Shown: positions 47,107 through 56,912, counted from the stretch's first letter. The stretch is DNA of 64,000 nucleotides from Candidatus Latescibacterota bacterium (GCA_965203805.1 OZ241917.1:576001-640000), one strand, 5' to 3'. Notes: generated from the sequence alone by a model not told the origin. Numbers and translations are program-made.

Positions 47107-48174
47107 ATGGAAATCCGGGCCGTCCGCGAGGACGAAATCGAGGAGACGCTCGAACTGCAGCGGCTGGTATTCCGGCCGGACGAGGGGGAAGGAGCGCTCG
47201 ATCGGTACCGGTCGTACGTACGGGACGATCCGAGCTACCGTCCCGAACAGTCGCGGGTTCTCCTCGAAGGCGGGCGAATCGTGGCGCATCTGCGGGTCTG
47301 GGATCGGGAGATCCGCGTGCGGGGCGCCCTGTTTCGAACCGGAGGCATCGGCAGCGTGCTGACCCACCCCGATTTCCGGGGCAGGGGATATGCGCGCGCG
47401 CTGATGCGGAATACAGAGGAGTATCTGCTTGGCGCCGGGTACGACGTGGGACTCCTCTTCTCGATTATCGGCACACCGTTTTACGAAGCCCTGGGCTGGA
47501 CGCCCGTCCCGCTTCCGACGTTTGCTGTCGCCATGAAGTCGGCGCCCTGCGAACGTCTGCCAACCCGTGTGCGTGCCCTGCATTTGGACCGGGATCTGGA
47601 TGCCGTGATGGCAATCTATGCACAATCTTCCGGTTGCCTGACCGGCCCCGAGTCTCGACCGAGAGAGTACTGGAGCGCCGGGCCCTCGAGGCTGCGGGGA
47701 GTATTCCCATCGTGGGGCGTGGCGCAGGATTCGGAGTTGCGGGGCTACGCGACCTTCGATGGGTCCGCCGATCGGATCTGGGTGAAAGAAGGATGCGTTA
47801 AGCCGGCACACGAAGATGCATTCGACGACCTGGCAGCGTGGATCTGCCGGTGCGCCGGCCGGCGCGGAGCGACGTGCATAAAGGGCAGTCTCCCTGCGGG
47901 CCACGGATTGGTGCGCGCGTTCGAACGGGTCTGTGGATCCGCCGCAAGGTGGAACAGCCACGATGAAATGATGTTGAAGGGGATCAACTGGCGCACAATC
48001 AGCGACAGGTTGAACGCGGATCCGCCGTTGGACCTCGCCCCGGCGGACGAGGGCGCCTTCTGGCGCGCGCTGTACGGTCAGGATTTGGAAGGCATGGATG
48101 GGGCGCTGGCGGGATGGATGGCATCGCTGCCGAAGTGCGAAGGACCCTTCTACTGGTGGAGCGATATATTTTAG
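47107..48174 (+). CDS. GNAT family acetyltransferase (Eis-like)
   Basis: GGIGSVLTHPDFRGRGYA acetyl-CoA motif, FYEALGW. Confidence 0.82.
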   Translation: MEIRAVREDEIEETLELQRLVFRPDEGEGALDRYRSYVRDDPSYRPEQSRVLLEGGRIVAHLRVWDREIRVRGALFRTGGIGSVLTHPDFRGRGYARALMRNTEEYLLGAGYDVGLLFSIIGTPFYEALGWTPVPLPTFAVAMKSAPCERLPTRVRALHLDRDLDAVMAIYAQSSGCLTGPESRPREYWSAGPSRLRGVFPSWGVAQDSELRGYATFDGSADRIWVKEGCVKPAHEDAFDDLAAWICRCAGRRGATCIKGSLPAGHGLVRAFERVCGSAARWNSHDEMMLKGINWRTISDRLNADPPLDLAPADEGAFWRALYGQDLEGMDGALAGWMASLPKCEGPFYWWSDIF

Positions 48175-50000
48175 GCGATGCGCGATTCAGCCTCGTCCAC
48201 CATACCGTCCAGTATTTGCGCTGCAAGCCTGTCGATTGCGGTCTTCGTCGCCTGGAGGTTCGTTCCGCACAGGCGGGGATGGTCCACTGACGCGGCGGAG
48301 ACGTAGTATTTGATCTTGGGTTCGGTTCCCGACGGTCTGGCCGTAACGCGAGTGTGGCCGGCCGAGGTGAAGGTGAAGGCGATGACGTCGCCCATTGCGC
48401 CTCCGATTGTCCGGGTGGTTCCCGTGTGCGGGTCCAGCGCCAGGCCTTCCCTCCTGTCGAAGATCTCCACGACGTTGCGGCCGCCGATCTCTCGCGGTGG
48501 ACGATTCCGCAGGGATTCCATAATGGAAACGATGTCGCGGCTCCCCTGCGCACCGGCCCTGGACACGGACCGCTGGATCTCCCTGAAGTAGCCGTATTCC
48601 TCATAGATATCGTCCAGGTATTCCCGCAATGTGCGCCCACGGGCTTTAAACTCAGCGGCGCATTCGCACAGGAGGACGGCAGCCACGGCCGCGTCCTTGT
48701 CTCTGGTGAACGATCCGGCCAGATAGCCGTGGCTCTCTTCGGCGCCGAACAGGAATTCGGACCCGGGCGGTAGATCGGCGATGATCCGGCCGATGTATTT
48801 GAAGCCGACCAGCAGGTCGTCCACGACCCTGGCGCCGAAGGCGCGTGCGATGATGGACGTCAGATCCGTCGTAACGATTGTCTTCGCGACAACCCCGTCC
48901 GCCGGCAGTTCCCGGCGGTTCTTTTTTGCCTGCAGGAGATAGTGGCAGAGAACGACGCCAATCTGATTGCCATTGAGCGCAAGCTCCTCGAGCGGTGCGT
49001 CCCACCCGGCCCTGGAATCCGGAACGGCGCAACCGAGCCGGTCGGCATCCGGGTCGCTGGCGATCACCATATCGGCGTTGGTCTCGGCGGCTTTTTGAAC
49101 GGCCATAGCCAGGGCCCGGGGATCTTCCGGGTTGGCGACGCCTTCGGGGACCGTGGGAAAGTTGCCGTCGGGTTGCGCCTGCGAGGGTACGATGTGCAGG
49201 TCCCCGTAGCCGAGGACTTCGAGTGCCGGCAATATCGACGTCGCCCCCACCCCGTGGAGCGGCGTGTAGACCACCCGGACATCGCGTCCGGTTCCCAGGG
49301 AAAGGTCGGCCAACTCACGATGGTAGCGGGTGTCGACGATGCGGTCGAGCGTTTCGATGAGACCCTGTTCGACCGCCTGGTTGAAGTCGAGTCTTGCTAT
49401 CGTGCGTACCGAGTTGACTTCCGCGATAATATTTCTGTCGTGCGGCGGTACGATCTGGCCGCCGTCGGACCAGTACACCTTGATTCCGTTGTCTTCAGGC
49501 GGGTTGTGACTGGCGCTGATTACCACGCCGGCGACCGCGTTGGTAAGCCGGACCGCGAAGGAGAGTTGGGGGGAAGACCGACAGGACTCGAAGATTCTGG
49601 CTCGGATCCCGTTTCCGGCAAGAATGGCCGCGACCTCACCTGCGAACCCCTTTGAATTGTTGCGGGTGTCGTATGCGATGACCGCGCCGCGCCGCGGAGC
49701 ATCGCGGCCGGATTTGAGGAGGTATTGCGCGATGCCCTGCGCGGCTTCGCCGACGGTTCGCAGGTTGATGCGGTTCGGGCCCGGTCCCATCGCGCCGCGG
49801 ATGCCGCCGGTGCCGAATTCGATCCGGACGCGAAAGGCGTCTTCCAGTTCGTCCAGGTCTTCTTCCCGCACCAGGGTTCGGATGTCCTCGACGGTCGCGG
49901 AGTACCCTGGATCCCTGAGCCAGAGTGCGGCGTTCTTGCCGGCGGCCTTGGAAAGTCTGCCCTCATCGACCCAGACCCGGATCTGTCCTATCGGGTCCAT
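48171..50000 (-). CDS. pgm: Phosphoglucomutase/phosphomannomutase (phospho-sugar mutase)
   Basis: FGTGGIRG, SASHNP, DPDADR, GAEESHG, RPSGTEPKIK; start 50000 or 50036. Confidence 0.9.
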   Translation of the reverse strand: MDPIGQIRVWVDEGRLSKAAGKNAALWLRDPGYSATVEDIRTLVREEDLDELEDAFRVRIEFGTGGIRGAMGPGPNRINLRTVGEAAQGIAQYLLKSGRDAPRRGAVIAYDTRNNSKGFAGEVAAILAGNGIRARIFESCRSSPQLSFAVRLTNAVAGVVISASHNPPEDNGIKVYWSDGGQIVPPHDRNIIAEVNSVRTIARLDFNQAVEQGLIETLDRIVDTRYHRELADLSLGTGRDVRVVYTPLHGVGATSILPALEVLGYGDLHIVPSQAQPDGNFPTVPEGVANPEDPRALAMAVQKAAETNADMVIASDPDADRLGCAVPDSRAGWDAPLEELALNGNQIGVVLCHYLLQAKKNRRELPADGVVAKTIVTTDLTSIIARAFGARVVDDLLVGFKYIGRIIADLPPGSEFLFGAEESHGYLAGSFTRDKDAAVAAVLLCECAAEFKARGRTLREYLDDIYEEYGYFREIQRSVSRAGAQGSRDIVSIMESLRNRPPREIGGRNVVEIFDRREGLALDPHTGTTRTIGGAMGDVIAFTFTSAGHTRVTARPSGTEPKIKYYVSAASVDHPRLCGTNLQATKTAIDRLAAQILDGMVDEAESRIA

Positions 50001-50142
50001 TGCCACTCTTTGTTTTTGGACGCTCCTGCCGAACATGCGTCAATTCCGTTGAATACAACCAGGAAGAACCCTCATGCGTAGATGTCGAATCTCGCGTATC
50101 CTAATATATCCTTTGTAAAGCCGCGATCAACAGATAAATCGC

Positions 50143-50170
50143 TTGACTTTCGCAAGGCATTGTGCATATT
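50143..50170 (+). promoter_or_regulatory. Sigma70-like promoter of the DUF2953-ytfJ-ATP-grasp operon
   Basis: TTGACT-16 nt-CATATT with upstream TG. Confidence 0.45.
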
Positions 50171-50205
50171 GTCCGTAAGTGAAACAGTTATAAGGAGTTG
50201 GTCAA

Positions 50206-50886
50206 ATGACTATACTCTGTTTACTGCTGTTTGCGCTCGCCATGATCGTTCTGCCGCCGTTCCGCCTCCGGGCGCGCGGCCACAATGGCGGCGGGCGGGG
50301 ACCGGCACTGGAAATACGTTTGAGACCGTGGATCGGTCTGGCCGGTTTCCGGCTCTTCTACGCTGACGGCGGTTGGCGCGCCGGCGCGCTTCTGGGTTGG
50401 TGGGCCGTGGGGGCATCGCCGTTGACGAAGGAAGAGGGTCGGAAGAAGAAACGAAGCGGCGCAGAACGCGTCGGGACGGAGCCGGCCGAACCTGACGGCT
50501 TGCCGGCAACGGTCGAACGGCTGGCGAGGGCCTGTGTCTATATCAAAAGACAGTGGGCGCCTCTAAGACGGTCTGCGTTTCGCTTCCTGAACGGTTTTCG
50601 TCTGCGCCGCATCACATGCCAGGTCGTTTTCGGCGCATCCGATCCGGCCACGACGGGGCAGGTTTTCGGATATGGCATGGCGGTCTCGTCCATGATCGGG
50701 GCCAGGGGATTCCTGGATGTAACGCCGGATTTCACGAGACGGCGTCTGGATGGAGATGCCGAAGTGGAAATCTGGATTTATCCCCATCGACTATTGTGTG
50801 CGTTCGCGGGTATCGGGTGGCGCGCGGGGCTCGCATGGTTCTCCGAACGACGCAGCCGAGGATGGACTCTATCAACGGGCTGTTAA
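50206..50886 (+). CDS. DUF2953 (YtfI-like) membrane-anchored protein
   Basis: N-terminal TM; FGASDPATTG...G and V.PDF motifs; directly upstream of ytfJ. Confidence 0.72.
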   Translation: MTILCLLLFALAMIVLPPFRLRARGHNGGGRGPALEIRLRPWIGLAGFRLFYADGGWRAGALLGWWAVGASPLTKEEGRKKKRSGAERVGTEPAEPDGLPATVERLARACVYIKRQWAPLRRSAFRFLNGFRLRRITCQVVFGASDPATTGQVFGYGMAVSSMIGARGFLDVTPDFTRRRLDGDAEVEIWIYPHRLLCAFAGIGWRAGLAWFSERRSRGWTLSTGC

Positions 50887-50895
50887 GGAGGCAAT

Positions 50896-51294
50896 ATGTC
50901 TGTCGAGGATCTCATCAAAACGGTCATGACGGAATTCCGACAAATCGTGAAAGCGGAGACGGTCGTGGGTGAGCCGATCGATGTGGGCGGCACGGTTGTG
51001 GTTCCTGTATCCAGGATTTCATTCGGCTTCGGCGCGGGCGGGGGTTCGGACAAGTCGGACGGTGGCGGGAGCGGCACCGGAGGCGGGGCATCCGTCGAAC
51101 CCCTTGCATTTGTCGTAATCCGAGACGGAAAAGCCCAGATCCTGCCCGTTCGGGAGAAAGAAGGGTCCATCAAGGGATTGCTGGATCTGGCGCCGGACAT
51201 TCTGTCGAAGGTAAGAGGGTTCAAGGAGAAGCGAGACCGCAGGAAAGCCGAAACGGACGCCGAGGCAGTTTCCAACGACGACGTAAGCGCGTAG
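50896..51294 (+). CDS. ytfJ: YtfJ/GerW family protein
   Basis: TVVGEPI, VPVSRISFGFGAGG, GGGASVEPLAFVVI. Confidence 0.88.
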   Translation: MSVEDLIKTVMTEFRQIVKAETVVGEPIDVGGTVVVPVSRISFGFGAGGGSDKSDGGGSGTGGGASVEPLAFVVIRDGKAQILPVREKEGSIKGLLDLAPDILSKVRGFKEKRDRRKAETDAEAVSNDDVSA

Positions 51295-51306
51295 GCCGGG
51301 TCAGCC

Positions 51307-52536
51307 ATGGTTCGGCTTCTGCTCCTCCTTCCGACAACGACCTATCGCACGCACGATTTCATGGCAGCGGCGGAAGCCCTCGAGATCGCCGTGGTCGTGG
51401 GGTCCGAACGCCGGCAGGCGCTTGCCGCTGAGACACCCGGGAGCACGCTGGTTCTGGATTTCGCAAGGCCGGCCGCGTCGGTCGAGCGGATTGTCGCCTT
51501 TGACAGGGAATACCCGGTCTGTACGGTGGTCGGGGTAGACGACGAGACCGTCGTGCTCGCCGCGATGGCCTGCAGCGCGCTCGGACTTCCGCACAATTCG
51601 GTGGCGTCTGTCCGGGCATCCCGATACAAACACATCATGCGCCGCATGCTTGCGAAAAAAGGCCTGCCCTCGCCGGGGTTCAGGCTTTTTTCGTGTTCAG
51701 AACGTCCGGAAGCCGCCGCCGCGACGGTCGACTACCCGTGCGTACTGAAACCCGTGTTTCTTTCTGCCAGCCGGGGTGTGATTCGGGCGGATAACGAAGC
51801 GGAATTCGTGGCGGCGTACCACCGCATTGCAGAGATGATTTCCGGATCTGCGCACAACACGCCGGAAGGCGGAGACTGTATTCTCGCGGAAGACTACATT
51901 CCCGGCCGGGAGGTAGCGCTGGAAGGATTGCTGGCAGAGGGCGTGTTGCAGACCCTGGCGTTGTTCGACAAGCCGGATCCCCTTCGCGGTCCGTATTTCG
52001 CCGAGACGCTGTACATCACGCCCTCGCGGCTGGCCGAATGCATCCAGGCGCAGATACGGGAAACCACGCAGCAGGCCGCACGCGCCCTGGGGCTGAGCGT
52101 GGGGCCGGTGCACGCGGAGCTTCGCTTGAACAGGCGAGGCGCTTACGTGGTGGAAATCGCCGCGCGGTCCATCGGCGGGCTTTGTTCGCGCGTTTTGTGC
52201 TTTGGCGCCGGCGCCTCGCTCGAGGAACTGATTCTGCGCCAGGCGAGCGGGTTGCCTCCAGGCGATTTGCGGATGGAAGACGGCGCGGGCGGCGTAATGA
52301 TGCTGCCGGTGCCGAAACGGGGCGTTCTGAGGTACGTGCGGGGGACGGAAGCGTCACGGCGCGTGCCCGGAATCATCGACGTCGCGGTCACGGTTCCTTT
52401 GGGTCAGCGCGTACAGCCGCTGCCCGAGGGAGACCGTTACCTGGGGTTCATCTTCGCACGCGCGAAGACACCCGCGGCCGCGGAAGCGGCGCTCAGGGAG
52501 GCCGGGGGTCTGCTCGATGTCGGGATTGAGGAATAG
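51307..52536 (+). CDS. ATP-grasp domain protein (L-amino acid ligase-like)
   Basis: PCVLKP..LSASRGVIR, EDYIPGREVALE, HAELR, EIAARSIGG, YLGFIFA. Confidence 0.85.
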   Translation: MVRLLLLLPTTTYRTHDFMAAAEALEIAVVVGSERRQALAAETPGSTLVLDFARPAASVERIVAFDREYPVCTVVGVDDETVVLAAMACSALGLPHNSVASVRASRYKHIMRRMLAKKGLPSPGFRLFSCSERPEAAAATVDYPCVLKPVFLSASRGVIRADNEAEFVAAYHRIAEMISGSAHNTPEGGDCILAEDYIPGREVALEGLLAEGVLQTLALFDKPDPLRGPYFAETLYITPSRLAECIQAQIRETTQQAARALGLSVGPVHAELRLNRRGAYVVEIAARSIGGLCSRVLCFGAGASLEELILRQASGLPPGDLRMEDGAGGVMMLPVPKRGVLRYVRGTEASRRVPGIIDVAVTVPLGQRVQPLPEGDRYLGFIFARAKTPAAAEAALREAGGLLDVGIEE

Positions 52537-52586
52537 AAAATCCGCAAACCGGTTGTCGCTCGGGTTTTTCTCTGCGACGCCTCGGA

Positions 52587-54014
52587 TTACACAAGAGCAA
52601 ACTGCTCTTCGGTGGGCTCCGCTCAGCAGTACCAGGGTTCGGTAAGGCGGGGAACGGGCCGGAGGGACGGCTCGAAATCCGGATTTCGAACTGAAGTCGG
52701 ACGATCCAGCCGTGTGTCGACAGTCGAGCGGATCCGGTGAAAGATCCGGCGCCGGGTGGCGTCCCGATTCTGAAGCCGCGTGACCAAAAGGGTGAGTTCG
52801 CGTTGAAGCCGGTCCAGACGGGCGTCGGGATGGGTCCACGGGTACGTCAGGTCTTCGTCCGAAAACGGCCCGACCAGGCCCCGGACCCGGGCAAGTTCCA
52901 GAAGTCTCGATCCCCGGGGAATGAGAAGCCGGATGGTCAGCTGCACCGGGGATACGTTTTCAACCAGGTCCAGTTCGGCGACGGTATCGAGGAAACCGGC
53001 GTACTGATCAGCGGTGGTCCAGGGTGTGAAGGGGATGAACGTGGGGTTCAATACCAGGCCGTACCGGCGGAAGAGTTGTACGACCTGGATGAAGTCGTCG
53101 GCCGTATGGCCCTTGTCCATCAGCGTGAGGACGCCGTCGTCGAGTGACTCCACGGCGGTCGTAACAATGGCGCACCCCGTCTTCCGCAGTACCGGAAGAA
53201 AACGGCGGTATTTCAGGAGGTGTTCGATCTTGACGGTAATATCGTACGTTAATTCGGGAAACCTCGCGTGGAGTTTCCGAATCAGGGGTACTGCGTGTCC
53301 GATGCCGTTGAAAAAGTCGGGGTCGCCAAACGTGATGTGCGTGGCCCCCTCGTCAACCTGTTTCGCGATGTCGTCCAGCACGACCTCCGCCTGAACGATG
53401 CGGAATCTGCCGTTGTATACGGGAACCACCGGGCAATGGCGGCAAAGGTGCTTGCAGCCCCGACTCGCCTCCGTATAGCCCACGGTCTTTTCCTTTCCGG
53501 CGCCCGTGGAGAGCCGCGCGTAATTTGAAAGGTCCGGCAGACCCGTTCGGTCGGGCGGAAGAAACCGCTGTCTGCCCAGAAAGACGACGGGTTCGGACCG
53601 GCAGTGCGAGTCCTCCGGGTTCGTCCTGAGCCGGTTGCAGAGACGAAGCAGGCCCGTTTCGAATTCCCCGCCGAGGACCGTCTGCGCGCCCAGACCGCGA
53701 AGGTAAGATTCATTGACCGGCGCGTACAGACCGTAGAAGCAGAGGTGGGCATCGGCGTTCAGGGCACGTACCTTCCCCACCAGGGGTACGGCCAGCCGCG
53801 TGGCGGTATGCATCGGGACGTAGAACGCCACCAGGTCTGCGGCGCGAACGGCCTCGTGCGGAAAACCGTCGATCGAGAGATCCGCGAGCACAACATCCAT
53901 TCCATGCGCCCGTAACCATGCGGCCGGCGATGCCAGACCGAATGGCTGACGCCCGAGTTCGTATGTCGAAACCAGAACGATCCTGAATGGAGGTGTCCGG
54001 ACAGTTGTTTGCAT
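52587..54014 (-). CDS. CUAEP-tail radical SAM selenoprotein (UGA at 52623-52625 read as Sec)
   Basis: CxxxCxxC (CKHLCRHC) with a B12-binding-like N-terminus; ...LTEPWYC-TGA-AEPTEEQFALV-TAA gives the C-U-A-E-P tail; a hairpin follows the UGA. Confidence 0.88.
52590..52614 (-). promoter_or_regulatory. Putative bacterial SECIS element
   Basis: mRNA CAC-CG-AAGAGCA-GUU-UGCUCUU-GUG; the apical loop starts with G 21 nt after the UGA. Confidence 0.7.
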
Positions 54015-54026
54015 GACCTCTTCAAT

Positions 54027-54090
54027 CGCCCAAAACGCAACGGCAGACGCGAGGGGAGACCCCCGGTCGTCTGCCGTTGCATTTTGGGCG
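54027..54090 (-). repeat. Long intergenic inverted repeat between nfuA and the radical SAM gene
   Basis: CGCCCAAAACGCAACGGCAGACG ... CGTCTGCCGTTGCATTTTGGGCG (about 23-bp stem, U-G pair on the minus strand) with an inner GGGG/CCCC stem. Confidence 0.75.
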
Positions 54091-54093
54091 GTG

Positions 54094-54678
54094 TTATTTT
54101 GAGGCCTGGTAGTACGGGTTCTCGCCGTCCGCGTGTTCGGTAATGTCGAGAATCTCGTCGATTTCGGGCACGGCCTCCTTAATCAGAACCTCGACACCCT
54201 GTTTGAGTGTCACGTCGACCATACCGCAGCCCTGGCATCCGCCCCCGAACTGAATGTATGCTTTGTTGTCCTTCACGTCGATCAGTGAGATATGACCGCC
54301 GTGCATCGCCACGCTGGGATTGATCTTCTCGTCGATGATGTTCTGGATCTTCTCCGCGGCGGTGCCCTTAAGGTGCGGCGGTACCCTGTTGGGGTTCTCA
54401 ATTTTAAAGCCGCGGCCCATCAGGCTGTCCACAAAGTCCAGAGTGATGTCCTGCGCGTACGGGGCGCTTTCCGGATCGACGTAGATATTGAACCCGTCGA
54501 ATGGCGTGACCTCGTCCGCCTCCTCTTCCTGTCCGCGGGCAACGAACGCGAGCCGGTAGTTGGCCTGCAGCGGCGATACCGCTTCCGCCTTGACACGAAC
54601 CCCAACGATGGCCGACTCCTGGTTCCGGATCAGGTTGACGACCTCTTTCTGCGCGGCCTCTGTAACGGTGATGTTCAT
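54094..54678 (-). CDS. nfuA: Fe-S biogenesis protein NfuA (degenerate A-type domain plus NifU-C domain)
   Basis: GFKIENPN, INPSVAMHGG, GGGCQGCG, LKQGVE, D.TEH..GENPYY. Confidence 0.9.
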   Translation of the reverse strand: MNITVTEAAQKEVVNLIRNQESAIVGVRVKAEAVSPLQANYRLAFVARGQEEEADEVTPFDGFNIYVDPESAPYAQDITLDFVDSLMGRGFKIENPNRVPPHLKGTAAEKIQNIIDEKINPSVAMHGGHISLIDVKDNKAYIQFGGGCQGCGMVDVTLKQGVEVLIKEAVPEIDEILDITEHADGENPYYQASK

Positions 54679-54718
54679 ATCGACGTTCCCTTCAGAGAGA
54701 TGTGCGTTGCCAGGGCGG

Positions 54719-55213
54719 TCAGGATTCCAGCGCCGCTGTTGGCTTCGCAGGATGTTCCCGGTCGATTTTCTCCTGGATCTTCATCAGCGCGGACAGGAGA
54801 TCCTCGGGGCGGGGCGGACAGCCGGGCACGTAGATATCCACCGGCAGGAACTGGTCGACGCCCTGCACCAGGGTATACGTATTGAATACGCCCCCTGACG
54901 ATGCGCATGCGCCCATCGATATCACCCATTTCGGATCCGGCATCTGATCGTAAATCTTCTTGAGTACCGGCATCATCTTAATTGAAATCCGCCCGGATAC
55001 GATGAGCAGGTCGGACTGGCGGGGCGAAAACCGAACCGCTTCGGCGCCGAACCTGGCCATGTCGAAGCGCCCCGAAAGCGTGGCCATCATTTCGATGGCG
55101 CAGCAGGCCGTGCCGAACGGCATCGGCCAGAGGGATGACTTGCGCGCCCAGTTTATCATCTTGGACAGAGTGGTCGTGATAACATTGTCACCGAGTCCCG
55201 ACTCAAGTCCCAT
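54719..55213 (-). CDS. nuoB: Stand-alone NuoB-like (complex I 20 kDa, [4Fe-4S] N2) protein
   Basis: [33 protein letters not shown]; all N2 cysteines retained; no adjacent nuoA/C/D. Confidence 0.88.
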   Translation of the reverse strand: MGLESGLGDNVITTTLSKMINWARKSSLWPMPFGTACCAIEMMATLSGRFDMARFGAEAVRFSPRQSDLLIVSGRISIKMMPVLKKIYDQMPDPKWVISMGACASSGGVFNTYTLVQGVDQFLPVDIYVPGCPPRPEDLLSALMKIQEKIDREHPAKPTAALES

Positions 55214-55318
55214 TGGTCACCTCTGGCAGAATGGTTGGATTCGTTGCATTTGGTTGCCGTCGGCGGCATCGAGCCTACGGCACTCCCGCCACCCGCCCAA
55301 AAAAAACCGGGCAGGCTG

Positions 55319-55798
55319 TCAGTCAGATACCTGAATCAGCTCCTTCGTCACGTTTTGCAGACACGCATCCGTGTCCTGTTCTTCTCCCAGCAGGTCATTC
55401 AGGGTAACGCGGCTCAGCAACTGATCGATCACGGACTGTACCGACGTCCAGAGCGACCTGATCGAACAGTCGACGGAGTGCGTGCACAGTGCGACCTGGC
55501 CGGCGTGTTCGTCGCAGAATTCCGGACTGAAGAGGCGGCCGCCGAGCGCCGACAGAACATCGCCAACCACCACCAGGTCGGCCGGTTGTGCGAGTTTGTA
55601 CCCTCCCGACTGACCTCGAACGCTCTCCACGAATCCCCCGAGGCGCAAGAGGCGCATCAGCTTTGCGACATTGGGAACGGAAAGGCCCTCAATCCGGCTG
55701 ATCTCCGATATGGAGAGGCCGCCGCCGGTTTCTCTCTGCCGCCGGCCGATCTGAAGCAGGCACCGAAGCCCGTATTCTTCCCCGGCGCTCAATTTCAT
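55319..55798 (-). CDS. Rrf2 family transcriptional regulator (IscR-like, three Cys)
   Basis: EYGLRCL, VESVRG..GGY.LA, C....H......C.....C..RSLW. Confidence 0.88.
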   Translation of the reverse strand: MKLSAGEEYGLRCLLQIGRRQRETGGGLSISEISRIEGLSVPNVAKLMRLLRLGGFVESVRGQSGGYKLAQPADLVVVGDVLSALGGRLFSPEFCDEHAGQVALCTHSVDCSIRSLWTSVQSVIDQLLSRVTLNDLLGEEQDTDACLQNVTKELIQVSD

Positions 55799-55941
55799 AG
55801 CGCTATTGTATTCCTCTGTGCGGATTGGATGGCTGGACTGTTGCATCAGCCCGGTCAACGGCAGCAAGGATCCTTCGATGTCGCGAGCCGGGATTTTATT
55901 CTTGCGATGGAAGCGCGTCCTGGCGAGTCGCTGAAACCGGG

Positions 55942-56436
55942 CTACAGCAGTCCGAGTTCGAGCCTTGCGGCTTCGGACATCATTTCAGGGTTCCACGGCG
56001 GGTCGAAGGTCAGGTCCAGGTTGACGTCCCGAACGCCGTCGACCGATCGGGTGGCGCTTTCTACCTGTCCGGGAAGGATTCCGGCGGCCGGACAGGCGGG
56101 GGAGGTGAGGGTCATGCGGACGTACGTCATCCCGGTGGGTTCGACCTTGATGTCGTAAATGAGGCCGATATCGTAGATGTTGACCGGAATCTCCGGGTCG
56201 AATACCGTACGATGTGCGGCGATGATGTTCTCCCTGACGGCTTCGGTGTCTACCGGGCCGCCGGATTCGGCCGTTGTCTGCCGTTCTTCCGCTCGTCCGG
56301 CGGCGTGCGCTTCCAGCGCGCTTGTGTCGACGGGAATCGCATTGTCTTCCGCGCCTGCGTCCGGTACGCCTTCTCGAGCCGCGTCCTCGTCTTCCCTGTC
56401 GTTACTGTAGAGACGGTTCAGCAATCGGTCGAGCAA
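55942..56436 (-). CDS. sufT: SufT / MIP18 (DUF59) Fe-S maturation protein
   Basis: VFDPEIPVNIYDIGLIY, MTLTSPACP, FDPPW..EMMSEAARLELG. Confidence 0.87.
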   Translation of the reverse strand: MLDRLLNRLYSNDREDEDAAREGVPDAGAEDNAIPVDTSALEAHAAGRAEERQTTAESGGPVDTEAVRENIIAAHRTVFDPEIPVNIYDIGLIYDIKVEPTGMTYVRMTLTSPACPAAGILPGQVESATRSVDGVRDVNLDLTFDPPWNPEMMSEAARLELGLL

Positions 56437-56459
56437 AGCGAAATCCTCCTCATCTTCGA

Positions 56460-56912
56460 CTACTCGGTGGTTACCGGCTGGCTGTTGTTTTCAAGTGCGG
56501 CCAGCAGGGCGTGCCAGGCGAGGGTTGCGCATTTGATGCGCACGGGAAACTCGCGCACCCCGGTAAATACGGCCAGTTTACCGATACCGTCCGAATCGGG
56601 CCGGGACGAAACATCGCTGGTCACGATGTCGTGGAACTTACGGAATAACGACTCCGCTTCCCGGAGTGTCAGGCCCTTGACCGCATCGGTCATCAGGGAC
56701 GCCGACGCTTGCGAAATGGCGCATCCGGCGCCCTGAAAGGCGATATCCGCGATCCGGTCGCCCTCGAATTTGACAAAGACGTTCAGGCGATCGCCGCACA
56801 GCGGATTGTTGCCTTCGGACGTCCGGTCCGGATTGACCATGATCCGGAAATTTCGCGGACTCCTGTTGTGGTCCAGGATGACCTGCTGGTAGAGTTCCCG
56901 AAGATCGGACAT
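56460..56912 (-). CDS. sufU: SUF system NifU-family protein SufU
   Basis: LYQQVILDH, NPLCGD, GCAISQAS, RIKCATLAW. Confidence 0.92.
   Translation of the reverse strand: MSDLRELYQQVILDHNRSPRNFRIMVNPDRTSEGNNPLCGDRLNVFVKFEGDRIADIAFQGAGCAISQASASLMTDAVKGLTLREAESLFRKFHDIVTSDVSSRPDSDGIGKLAVFTGVREFPVRIKCATLAWHALLAALENNSQPVTTE

Noticed and set aside
52623-54014. Radical SAM ORF ending at the TGA, as given in the ORF track
   Set aside because: The TGA is better explained as selenocysteine (CUAEP tail plus SECIS-like hairpin); the real stop is the TAA at 52587-52589.
54675-54929. 84-aa ORF abutting nfuA as a possible radical SAM precursor peptide
   Set aside because: It lies almost wholly within the nuoB-like gene in another frame and has no precursor-like features.
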